Below, one piece after another: positions 51,946 to 64,000 of a stretch of DNA of 64,000 nt; the stretch's first letter is position 1; each line of letters starts with the position of its first letter. The DNA is taken from assembly GCF_009914755.1 (NCBI RefSeq), contig NC_060942.1. One strand, 5' to 3'. Source of the stretch: the human T2T-CHM13v2.0 reference genome, Homo sapiens. The notes under the pieces were generated by a model. That model was not told where the DNA came from, did no database searches, and saw only the letters and a list, made by a program, of their open reading frames with translations. A program made the translations under genes and the position numbers.

Positions 51946-51954
51946 CCCTTGCAC

Positions 51955-53330
51955 ACTCCCTACTGTCCTAGTCTCCTCTACATTGTCCCCAGACTTGCCT
52001 ATATAGTATCCCTCTATACTCTCTCCCTCTGTACTGTCCTAGACTCCTCTATACTGTTCTTAGTCTCCCTCTATACTGTCCTAGTTTCCTCTATACTGTC
52101 CTGGTCTCCCTCTATGCTGTCCTAGTCTCCTCTATACTGTCCCAGTCTCCTCTATACTGCCCTTGTCTCCTCTATACTGTCCCAGTCTCCTCTATACTAT
52201 CCCAGTCTCCTCTATACTGCCCTTGTCTCCTCTATACTGTCCTATTCTCCTCTATATTGTCCTAGTCTCCCTCTATACTATCCTTGTCTCCTCTATACTG
52301 TCCCAGTCTCCCTCTATACTATCCTTGTCTCCTCTATACTGTCCCTAGTCTCCTCTATAATGTTCTAGACTCCCTCTATACTGTCCTTGTCTCCTCTATA
52401 CTGTCCCAGTCTCCCTCTATACTGTCCTAGTCTCCTCTATGCTGTCCTAGTCTCCTCTACGCTGTCCCTAGTCTCCTCTACACTGTCCCTAGTCTCCTCT
52501 ACACTGTCCTAGTCTCCCTCTATACTGTCCTTGTCTCCTCTATACTGTCCTAGCTTCCTCTACACTGTCCTAGTCTCCCTCTATACTGTCCCTTAGTCTC
52601 CCTCTATACTGTCCTTGTCTCCTCTATTCTGTCCCCTAGTCTCCTCTACACTGTCCTAGTCTCCCTCTATACTGTCCTTGTCTCCTCTATACTGTCTCAG
52701 TCTCCTCTATACTGTCCCAGTCTCCTCTATACTGTCCTAGTCTCCTCTATACTGTCCTAATCTCCTTTATACTGTCCTAGTCTCCTCTACACTGTTCCAG
52801 TCTCCCTATACTGTCCAAGTCTCCATCTATACTGTCCCTTAGTCTCCCTATATACTGTCCTTGTCTCCTCTATACTGTCCCAGTTTCCTCTATGCTGTCC
52901 CAGTCTCCACTACGCTGTCCTAGTCTCCCTCTATGCTGTCCTAGTCTCCCTCTATGCTGTCCTAGTCTCCCTCTATACTGTCCTAGTCTCCTCTATACTG
53001 TCCTAGTCTCCCTCTATACTGTCCTAGTCTCCTCTATACTGTCCCAGTCTCCTCTATACTGTCCCAGTCTCCTTTATACTATCCCAGTCTCCTCTATACT
53101 GTCCTAGTCTCCCTCTATACTGTCCTAATCTCCTCTAAACTGCCCTAGTCTTCTCCTTCTATACTGTTCCTAGACCCCCTCTATACTATCCTAGTCTCCT
53201 CTGTACTGTCCTAATCTCCCCTCTATACTGTCCTAGTCTCCTGTCTTTATTGTCTCTAGCCTCCCATCTATCCTGTCCCTGGTGTCCCTGCTGCACCCTC
53301 CCTAGCCTCCCCCTATAAGCTCCCAGCCTC
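51955..53330. repeat. Minisatellite/VNTR, 20-22-bp unit CTATACTGTCCTAGTCTCC(C)T, roughly 60 copies
   Basis: Continuous array with unit variants (CTAG/CCAG/CTTG; C-run indels) that degenerates at both ends. Confidence 0.97.
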
Positions 53331-54774
53331 CACCCTCTTGCCTCTAGGAAAGCATCCTGTGAACCCGGATACTGCGAAAGCTGCCTATGAAACCGACACA
53401 GCTAAGGTGTGCTCCCTGCTCTCCACCAGCTGCATCCTGCATGATCTTGGAGCTCAGCCAACACACATGACATGTGAGATGCCTGCCCATTGAGCAACTG
53501 TGGCCAAGGAGAGGAGAGTGTGGGAGGAACCACAGCCTTGTGTTGAGAGCAGGACCATATTTATACAATAGTCCTCCACATTTCAAAAGCGTTTCAATTC
53601 TCTCCCTCTATACTGTCCAGTTTTTAAAGTAGTGCTTTCATCCACATTCATCGATTGAGAAAATTAAGCTCATGGAAGCTCGGGACTTGCCTGCTGCCTC
53701 CCAAATCTGCCCTAGATACCAGCCCCAGGACAATTCCCATCACATCATGTTTCTGGAAAGAAGGTGAGAGGCTTTCCACACAGACACAGGGCAGGAGACT
53801 CTTCTTGCCTTAAAATGTGTATGTATGACTGATATGAGACCATTATCACAATTTACAAGCAGGTCCCCTCCTCCACAAGGGCATGAGAAAGAGTGTCCAG
53901 CTTTCTCATCACTCCACCAGACCTGCAGCCACCAGCTCTGGAAGCCTTGCCTCCTATGCTCTGTACCCAATGAAGTCCAAGGAAGCAGCATGAAATCTGC
54001 AGAGGAGAGGGGAAGAGGCAGATGTGGAGCTAAATCCTGTAGGTCCAGGAAGTCCCTGCCCCTGGAGCTGTGTGGCCCTGAGCTGTGTTCTGAGACAGCA
54101 ACCCCCATGCCCAGGCTCTGGGCCAGCAACCTTTTCTAACAAACACACCAATAAATCCTGAAGACTAAATTAACAGCACGATTTCAGCCCAATAACTGCA
54201 TGTGATCCCAACACAGAGTTTCTCAGCGTCCTTAGGGAAGAGCTGGGGATGGGTTTACACTGGGCTCTGCAGAGGTAGTGGGAGATGGGCAAGGTGCAGG
54301 AACAGGCAGCCTGGAGACCCAGGAATCTGGAGACCTGGTTACTGACCTGCAGGAGACAGGTTTGTCCCAGTAGAGGCCCCCAGATAAAGGCAGAGGTGTC
54401 AGGATAGAGGTGAAAATTCCCCCCATACCCCTTATTCTAATTGTCATATTCTAGAAACATATCCTGGAAACCTGAGGGCTTTAGTCCCTTAACCAATGCC
54501 CCCCAACCCCAACTTTCTCAGCAAGCTAATAGACCACACATGTTTAACAGAGACATCTAATTAACTGGCCTTCACAGAAAGCAGGGTTGCAAAGGGGGAA
54601 GCTTATGGGATCCAGAATATTTCTTCTACTTAAGCACCTTACAATGGGCTTTTTGGCTGACAGACCCTAGACACGTGTGCACACATTGGCGGGGAGTGTG
54701 TGTAGGAGGGGTGAGGATGGTGTCCCACCTTACTTCTTCAATGGGTTGGCCATACAAAGAGGTGGCCAGGAGTC

Positions 54775-54865
54775 TCAGGTCTCAGTTCCAGTTCTGCTAC
54801 TATGACTTTGAGCAAGTCACTTAACGTCCTTTAACCTGATGTTCTGTATGTATGAAATGGGAGAA
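54775..54865 (+). mobile_element. MIR fragment
   Basis: TGACTTTGAGCAAGTCACTTAAC..TGAAATGGGA. Confidence 0.7.
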
Positions 54866-54914
54866 CTGCCAGCCCATCCAAACAAGCAGGTCTCAGGTAA
54901 AGGATCTGTTTAAG

Positions 54915-55307
54915 AGTCTGCTGTTTCCTTACCTAATAGCCATTCTCCCCTTGTGATTTAGAAACCTAAGTGACTTACTTAACTGAAAAATTACATGTCC
55001 CAGACAACCTTGGAGACAGAAGCGGCTCACAGGATGTACGTGGCAGTTTTGGGCAGGCCCTTTAAAAGGCCTTATAAAAGTTGTGATAGCTGGACCTCCA
55101 GCAGCCATCTTGGACTACAAAGATGCTGAAGATGATGGAAAAGACTGACGGAAGTCCCAGATGACTGTAGATATTTCATACTGGCTTTGAACTGTCTACC
55201 TACAGGCTTCCTGTACATAAGAAAAAAAAGAACTTTGAAATTATTTAAGTCACAGTTGTCTATGGTCTCTGCTACTAGCAGCTGAACCCAATTTCTAAGT
55301 GGTTCAG
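54915..55307 (+). mobile_element. Old MLT1 (I/J-like) LTR
   Basis: GCTGGACCTCCAGCAGCCATCTTGGAC..TTATTTAAGTCAC..GCAGCTGAACCCAAT. Confidence 0.65.
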
Positions 55308-56343
55308 GGCCTGCATGCATTTATACCAATAACCTATGCATCCATACTCATAGGCTCAGCACCCTCAGCCATCAACTCCAGAGAAGTCCATGAAGGTCCC
55401 AAATCTAGAACCAATGAAGAAACATTAAGGCACAAGATCTGATTCATAACACCATACAGAGCTAAAAGCATGGGAGAAAACAGCTGCCATGAGCACAAGG
55501 AGCAGAGGAAGGTTCATGGGACACAAGGAGGCACAGAATAGAGGCCCTTGAGGGGAGAGAGTTCCCTCCACTGAGGGAAGGGAAGCCAGTGAGGACAGCA
55601 GACATGCCGGGGCCTCAGCCTGGGCTCCACACACCATCTCAGAGCCCAGGGCATCCCTGTCCTTCATTAACAGCAAACCATGGTAAGAACAGAGTTTTCC
55701 AGAACTCTGTTCCAGTACTGGGTGCTGATATGAGGGGCTCTGTCTGACAGATGTACGTTCAAACACCAACACTACCACTTACTAGCCATGGGCAAGCCAA
55801 TTAGACCCGTAAGGCCTTTTTCCCAATTCCATGAATTGGGAAGAATCACAGTTATCTTTCAGAGTTGCTGGGCAGAGGATGTATACAAAACTATACATTT
55901 TGCATAGCTCTCAGGAAGCAGCTTAAACATACTCTACAGAGCAAAGTCAATTATAATGAAATCATTAAACTCGGTTCTATATACTCTGTTAACTCAAGCA
56001 ACTACTTTTATATCTCTCTCTATGTATAATATACATTTCCATCCAAACTGCTAGAATATTTTGGTGACTTAAATTTATCCACAGTAAACTATCAGTTAAA
56101 TATCAATTCATCAATTGGTTGCAGAACTCTCTTTGTAATATTTCTGATTGCCCTCTTCCCAGTCCAGGTAATCCAGGTGGCTTGGCATCTGCTGTATGGA
56201 CCTATGTCTTTGCTCTATAAAACACAGGAGTATGCCTGAGCATAAATACTCCCCATCTACAACTGGCTTCCACCACTGTACCCCACTACACTTATCACCT
56301 ACCTCATCTGATGGGCTAACCTGACATTATTGGAGTTTTAGAA

Positions 56344-56510
56344 ATGGGAGGGAGAAGAGGTAAAAGAGGGAGAGAAAAGGGAGAGGGAGAGGGGAAGGGG
56401 AGGAAGCGAAAAGGGAGAGGGAGAGGGGAAGGGGAAGGAGAGGGAGAGAGAATGTAAAGAAAGAGGAAAGGGAGAGGAAGAGGAAAGGGAGAGGGAGAGG
56501 AAGAGAATGA
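56344..56510. repeat. GA-rich polypurine tract
   Basis: Nearly pure purine (GAGAGG/GAAGGG) for ~165 bp. Confidence 0.9.
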
Positions 56511-56599
56511 ACAAGCACAGTGACCCAAGACCCATGGAAACTGCCTGCTGCGTTACAGACAATAAGGAAAGCAGCTCTGCTTTCGGTAGCATGGCTGGT

Positions 56600-57362
<763 letters not shown>

Positions 57363-57844
57363 GGTAGATCCCTTCATCCAGGAAACACCTCCAGGTGTCC
57401 TCTAAGCTGTCTCATGCTGGCATACAATGACAACCTCAAATGGCTAACTTCTTGCCCCATTTTAGTTTTTACTTCCTCCCAAATCTTAGTCCTTAACAAT
57501 CAATCACAATCAACCATACACACTAAGCAAGGTACTATGTTGAGGAGCTGAGGCCTTTAAACAATGGTAGGGCTGGAAGGAATGGACTGTAGAGGTATTT
57601 AAGGCTAATTCCATCCTTCAAAAATGAGAAAACTGAGGGCCAGGCATTTTAGATTGCATGTGCATGACTGCACTGCAAGCACCTGGGGGTAAAATATGCA
57701 TGACACACACCTTTGCAACCTCCAGGTGTCACATGAGGTGTCACCCATGGTGGGGAGCAGTACATGTTCACTGACAGCATGACTCTCTGGCCAGCTGGCC
57801 ACAAGATTGAGTTTGAGCATCATACTGTTAGGAGTTAGGTATTC

Positions 57845-58214
<370 letters not shown>

Positions 58215-59824
58215 CTACCAACCTGCCTCTTCTCAAGCCCCAAGGAGAGCCAGCCATGCCTGAAAAGGCTGTCTGGGCCAGGAGGGCTTGGACAAGCATC
58301 CACGAACTGAAAGGCCACTGTATTCTGTTTACAGTGAGCAATGAAAAAGATGCCACTGTGTCCACCAGGAATGCTGCTGCTGCTGCAGCTGATTCACATT
58401 TGTACGGCCTGGCAGTTTAGAGGGCACCTTCAAAAGCCTCCTCCCATTGAATTCTCGCTCCATCCTTCTGGGCAGGTACATTTCTGGGGGTTTGTGGCTG
58501 AGCAAGCTGCTCCACCCTCTTCCTTTCTGCCGTCCTCTAGTCACTAAGGAGAAGGATGTGTCATTGTCTTACTTGGAACGGCCTCCGCCCAACACTGTGG
58601 GTTACCTTCAAGTCTCATCTTTCTGTTTGCTCTTAGTCTCCCTTTGCCACAGGAATTTCAAATGACCCCAAAAGTGTCAACGATTGTTTACACTGTCATT
58701 ACTGTAATGAAGCCTATAGTGAATAGGAAATAAACTGACCACCTTTTAGAGTTTTGCTAATTCTTTCAGGTCCTAAACAGGAAGCCTGTTTTACCAAACC
58801 CTGCCTTACCACAAAAATTTTCACTGGAGATTGCTGGACTAGTCTTTGCCTTCTAGCAACGAAATAGGAAACATTGGGAAATTAAGAAAAGAAAAATTAT
58901 AGGCTGCCTGGAAGGTATTATAATTTTTGCAGACATGGAGGGTCCCCTTGTCCTCTCCTTCTCTCCCTCTCAGAGTGAGAGGGCAGGAGTTTGGGTGAAA
59001 CATTGTTACAAGGGGTAAGTGGTACATTAAAGAGCATAACTTCTCATTCCATATGAAAAGTCCAATGCAGGTGTTTCTGCAATGTAGCAATGGGAGGAAA
59101 GGGATGGGCATCAAAGAGAGAGAGGTGAGTGGGGCAAAAAGGTGATGGAGAGGCCGCCCCACCTGGAGGATGCTTCCAGCGTCTCCCTGAATGAACAGGT
59201 TGCCATTAAGCAAGTTAGATGGGGCAGGAAGCATGCTCAATGGCATGGCTCCCGAGCTGGGGAGACAGGACCTGGCTGGAGAGTATGACTGCAGGCAATA
59301 AATAGCAGTCCCAAGAGTGATAACCAACAGGTCCTCCACTCACATCCTCACATTTCACCTGTGCGGGCCTCAGTTCCTCATGGGAGAGGCAGACTACGAG
59401 ACTGATTGCTGGTTCTGACCACAGATGATTTTGTTAAGGGTGAGCCCTGAGAGCAAATCCCTTCCCAAGCCTGCCTCTGGCCAGGAGGATGTTGCAATCT
59501 GCCTGGCACAGACAGCACTGGGTCCTTGCTATGAGAGAAGGTTATGGCACTGCTGGCCTTGCTGCGGATGGGTGGGGCACATCCTCTTGGGCCTCTCTGT
59601 CTCTCACCCCTGCATCCTCCTCCCCAGTAGGACCCCTCCTCACTGCTCCACCCACCAGCCTGAGAGTGGCTGCCAAGGGTGGAGGCTGCAGCAGGAAGAA
59701 GGGCAGTAGTCCTTGCCCACTGTGGTTGCCGCCCCCCTGCCTGCCCACAACCCTTCCCTGCATGCCAGGAGTCAGGAGGCTCTGAGTAGAAGCAAAAACC
59801 AGAGGCCTTTCAGCTCAGAGGGAG

Positions 59825-59838
59825 TCTCTCTCTCTCTG

Positions 59839-59890
<52 letters not shown>
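59825..59890. repeat. Compound (TC)n(AC)n microsatellite
   Basis: Direct read. Confidence 0.95.
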
Positions 59891-61904
59891 GTGCTCATAC
59901 ACACTCGTACATGAACACACCCCCATGCACCCTTACGCCCCCACTTGTGCAGGTGTGCACACCCTCTCATACACAAACACACTCTCACTCTAGACTTTAA
60001 CATCAAGGATATTTCTGTTCCCTTCTCTCTTCTCCTTCCCTCACAAAAGGACTCCAGCTGGCTCTCCAGTGGCAGCCACAGAGCCTCGAACCATCTGGAA
60101 ACATAAGCACGGCAGGATTGTGCGAGGCTGGAGGTGAAGACAGCCGGGGTCATGGGAAGGGAGGCGGAAAAACAAGACAGTGCCAGATCCCAGTCAAAAC
60201 AGCATGTTCGTCCCGCTCAAATCTCATCAAAATGCCAAGATTCCCCCTGCCACGTGCCCGCCCAGGCAGCTTGCCCCAGACCCCGACATTCTGCCTGAGC
60301 TGTGTGCCACCAGCCTTCCTGCCCCATTCCACCATCAGCACCCACTCTGGTGACTTCAAAAAACAGCCACACAGTCTAATTTTAGCTCTAATCTTCCCTG
60401 GCCATGGTTGTGTGGTTTCTAATTATTTTATTCCCAAGATTTACCTTGATGGATAGTTATACATTTTCCAATTTACTGTACAATATCTTGTAAAGTGCCC
60501 TTTAAAAAAAATGTGTGGATAATTCCATGTTGTTAATTTTCCCAGCTCTAAGGAGAAATCTGCAGATAATCGCCTGCCCTAGAAGCTCTGATTCAATCCC
60601 CATTTCCTTTAATACTAATAAAATGGACAGTTCATTTATAAGAAGTTCCCTAAAAGAGGGTATGAAAAACATTATATTTCTTTTAAAGTTGTTAAAGGGC
60701 ATAAATCCATTACTCAGATAGAGATCGCTTAATAATTTAATGCCTTTGGCTTGGCATTGTTCCCAGAATATTTTCACTTTATCTGTCTTTATTTCCAGGT
60801 TGGAACAAATTGAGGAATAATCAGCTCTGTTGGCGGGAATTGTCGAAGAGTCTGCAGGGAGGCCCGAGGAAGACGTGGGGGAGTTGGACAGCCTTCCTGA
60901 CTGTCCATCTCCCTCATAGGCCTTCAGTCCAAGGAGCGGGGCAGGTGTGGGGCACTGAGGGGGTGGCCAAGGGGGAACAAGGCTTTCCTTTTGGCCTCCA
61001 CGTGGTGGGGAATGTGCCCTGCAGGTTGTCTGGCAGGCTCTGCTTTCCGGGAAGCAGGGGGCTGCCTGGGAGGCAGCCACCCCCACCTCCCTCCCTCCTG
61101 CCCAGTGAGGCAAACAGGTGGGAGGGCCTCGAAGCAGAGCCTTTCTGCAAAGGGGATTAGTTTGCATTTTCTAAATAAAATCATTTACATGATGTATTAA
61201 CCCAACCCCATAATTAAAATCATTAATGTTTCTTTGTGCAGATTAGCCAAAAAGAGAAACTAAGTGCAGGAATCAACATTCCTTCTTACAGGCTCATCAA
61301 ACAACACTCCCCTGAAGAAGGCTTGAAAGCTTCATCCACCAGTCCTCTCCCCAACACAGCAAGGTTTATCCCCTGTTCAGGGATTCTTGCTGACTAGTTT
61401 CAGCAGTGTTTGCAGGATGTCTGCCCCAACCTAGCTGAAAGCAACCCAGTGGGAAGCTGGTTGGGAGCTGGAAGCAAGGCCTGAACAGGACAGTTGGGCT
61501 TAAACACAGCTCTCAGACGGAATCCCTGTGTATTCCTTTTCCTTGCTCCTCAGTTTCCCCTAAAAAAATAAAGCCACTGAACTAAAATGATGCCTATGGG
61601 ATCTTCCTAGAAGTTTCCCAGCACCATGACAGGTGTGCTGCTCCCATGCCTGGGACAGATTTTTGGCCATAATTGGTGCTCAGCTCAGGTTTGTTGAAGA
61701 GAATGGAATTGAACATGCTGGAAGGGGATGGACATAGGATGGGAAGAGGTGAAGACATCATCACATCTGGTGCAAGGATGTGAGCTGCCAGTGGGTGGGG
61801 CTGTGCAGCTACTGATAGTCCAAGGCGAAAGGGCAGCCTGAGGCCAGCAGCATGGCGCCATAGAGGAAGAGTTAACAAACACTGCTAGGGGAAGGTGCAG
61901 AGTG

Positions 61905-63318
61905 AGAGTGCAGACCCAGGCATCTCTGCACGGAAAGCCCCCTGCCCCTACAGGCTCAGAAGTGCCTGCTCCCGCTGCCTGGCCTCTCCCTGCTCCTGGT
62001 GCCCACTCTGATTTTGGAGCAAAGTTGTGGCCAAGCCTGGGAGCTGTCACAAGCCAGCTGGGTATGTGCATGCTCAGGCCAGAACTGACACACCAGACCC
62101 CTGCTGCCTCGGCCCCCTCTGGACTTTGGGTGCCAAGGAGAACGGGAGGGAGTCTGAAGGGGTGCTAAGGGTGGCTTGGTGCAGGCTTGCAGGCACCCTT
62201 GGCACTAACAGCCTGGGCGCACTGGCACTGTGGATGGCCGGTTAATGGTAGCAGGAGGCAGACAGGCTCCTGGGTAAAAAGTGCAGGTCCCTGGTGAAAC
62301 CCCACCTTCAGGCCAGGGACAGCCTGAGGCCTGGGGGCCAGGCTGCCATTTCCACAGACCAGAGTGAGAACTTATGGTGCTTTTTCTGGACCCTCCCATG
62401 GCCACCCATAGACCAATCAGAGTGCACTTTCTCCCCTCTGAAGCCCATAAAAACCCTGGTCTCAGCCAGACTTGGATAGACAACAGGACAACCTGCCTGC
62501 AGAGAGGAGCTACCCACTGTACTCTCTACTGAGAGCTGAGAAAATAATAGGATGAACTGCCTGCAGAGAGCAGTTACCCACTGTGGGTCTCCTCTCTGCT
62601 GAGAGCTGAGCAGACAACAGGCCAACCTGCCTGTGGAGAGGAACTACACGCTGTGGGTCTCCTCTGAGCTGCTCTGTTGCTTAACAGAGCACCTTTTTGC
62701 CTTGCTCAGCCTTCACTTGTCCACGTACTTCATTCTTCCTGGATGCAGGACAAGAACTCAGGACCCACCGATGGTGGGGCTGAAAGAGCTTTAACACAAA
62801 CAGGGCTGAAGCATGCCCCTTGCTCATTATATTGCAGGCACCAAAAAGGAGAGAAGAGAGAAGGAGAGAAGAGCTGCGGCCCTTTGGGAAGCCCAGACCA
62901 AGGAGCTCCCTGAGCCAGGGCTGTGACACCCTCTTTAGGGCTCTGCGGTTCCAGGCACCACCAAGTTCCCCAGTGCCAGCCATGTAAGCTTCTTGTGGTA
63001 GGGTCTGGTCCCGGCACAGCCTTGCAGGGAGCTGGTACCTGTGCCAGTGCCTGGTGCTGCCCACCCTGCTGCAGCCAGCATGCTTAGCTGTGCACAGTGG
63101 CCAGACCCCATGCTCATTTGCTCACATACCCCTCGCTGCTCCACACCTGGCTCATCCTTGGCAGGCGTGGGATCCAGGCCAGTAGTGCCAGCTGAGCACA
63201 GCCTGCCAGGCTGAGTGGGCAAAACGAGCCCAGGAGGCCTGAGCAAAACTCAGGCAAAGGCACTACTGGCCACAGAGGTTTCCAGCCAGAAAAGTAACAC
63301 TCCAAGGATCCTGAGACA
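61905..63318 (+). mobile_element. MER52-family ERV1 LTR (5' end not recognisable)
   Basis: GAAGTGCCTGCTCCCGCTGCCTGGCCTCTCCC..TTTGGAGCAAAGTTG; three internal CTGCCTGCAGAGAG..CCCACTG repeats; 3' end GGCCACAGAGGTTTCC..CCAAGGATCCTGAGACA. Confidence 0.85.
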
Positions 63319-63553
63319 ATGTGAAGATAGAGGCAAAGATTGGAGTGGTGCATCCATCAGCCAAAGAACACTGATGATTGATGCTAATCCTCAGAAGCTA
63401 GAAGAGGCAAGGAAAGATTCTTCCCTATAACCTTAAGAGAGAGCCCAGCTAATACCTTGATTTCAGACTAGAACTGTCAGAAAATACATTTCTGTTGTTT
63501 TAAGCCACCTACTTTGTCATACTTTGTTATGGCAGCCCCGAGAAACTAACACA
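63319..63553 (+). mobile_element. MLT1C-like LTR, 3' half
   Basis: ATGTGAAGATAGAGGCAAAGATTGGAGTG..CAGAAGCTAGAAGAGGCAAGG..TTTAAGCCACC..TTTGTTATGGCAGCCC..AAACTAACACA. Confidence 0.85.
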
Positions 63554-63788
63554 TCTGCCAAGATGCCAGACTTGTGAGTGATACTATCCTGGACCCTCTA
63601 GACCAGCCCATCTGCCAGCTAAGTACCACCATATGACCTCAGTTAAGGTCACCTGGAACAGAAGAATCATCAGCTAAGATCTGTCCAAATTCCTGATCCA
63701 CAAAATCATGATATATAATAAAATGGATTGTTATTTTAACCCATGAAATTTTGGGGTACTTAGTTTTGCAGTAATTGAAAGACATACA
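63554..63788 (+). mobile_element. MLT1H/G-like LTR, 3' half
   Basis: CCAGCCCATCTGCCAGCT..CAGAAGAATCA..AATTCCTGATCCACAAAATCATGA..TTGTTATTTTAA. Confidence 0.7.
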
Positions 63789-64000
63789 CAGTAAGTCTGT
63801 GGCTGAACTGGAACTAAAATTTAGGTCTCCTGCCTCCTAGTTAATTCAGTAGGGCTTTCCATTCTCCATGGCTTCTCCTGCTCATAAGCCAGTTATTATT
63901 CTCAGCAGTTTCATTTGCATACATCTCATAAGTTTTATCCCAGTACCCCAGTTAAGATGTACAATTCATTGAGAACAGATAAACAGCATGCCATCTTGAT

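Noticed and set aside
52163-53107. Repetitive ORFs (SPLYCPSLL)
   Set aside because: They are minisatellite translations with frequent frameshifts.
60502-61167. 221-aa minus-strand ORF (also 32370-33002 and 58839-59339)
   Set aside because: No recognisable domain or splice structure; the composition simply follows local GC/AT shifts or repeats.
61618-61638. RE1/REST-like CCCAGCACCATGACAG
   Set aside because: It is one base short between the half-sites and the right half is poor.

Overview
This is primate genomic DNA, human-like: AluY, AluSc, THE1B/C, MER41, MER4 and MER52 indicate a simian genome. It is about 50% GC, rich in MIR, L2, L1M and MaLR repeats, and looks intergenic or deep-intronic. 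I see no credible protein-coding gene; the long ORFs in the track come from simple repeats, Alu/L1/LTR sequence or chance. Solid features are a full-length U6 retropseudogene with target-site duplications (TSDs), many old retroelements (several with visible TSDs), a MER96-type palindromic MITE, a HAL1/L1-ORF1 fossil, a pyrimidine-rich compound VNTR (10.7-11.4 kb) and a ~20-bp minisatellite (52.0-53.3 kb). The most unusual structure is a ~520-bp insertion inside an old L1 at 36.6-37.1 kb. It is assembled from nearby sequence: a foldback of the adjacent ~84 bp, a direct copy of L1 sequence 1.4 kb downstream, and an inverted copy of ~216 bp of unique upstream flank. It looks like a fossil multi-template-switch repair event. 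Several repeat-free, motif-dense segments look like enhancers, and a few lncRNA-type candidate exons are listed at low confidence. Repeat subfamily names are from recalled consensus sequences, not a database search. I cannot identify the locus, and I found no evidence of a new gene system.
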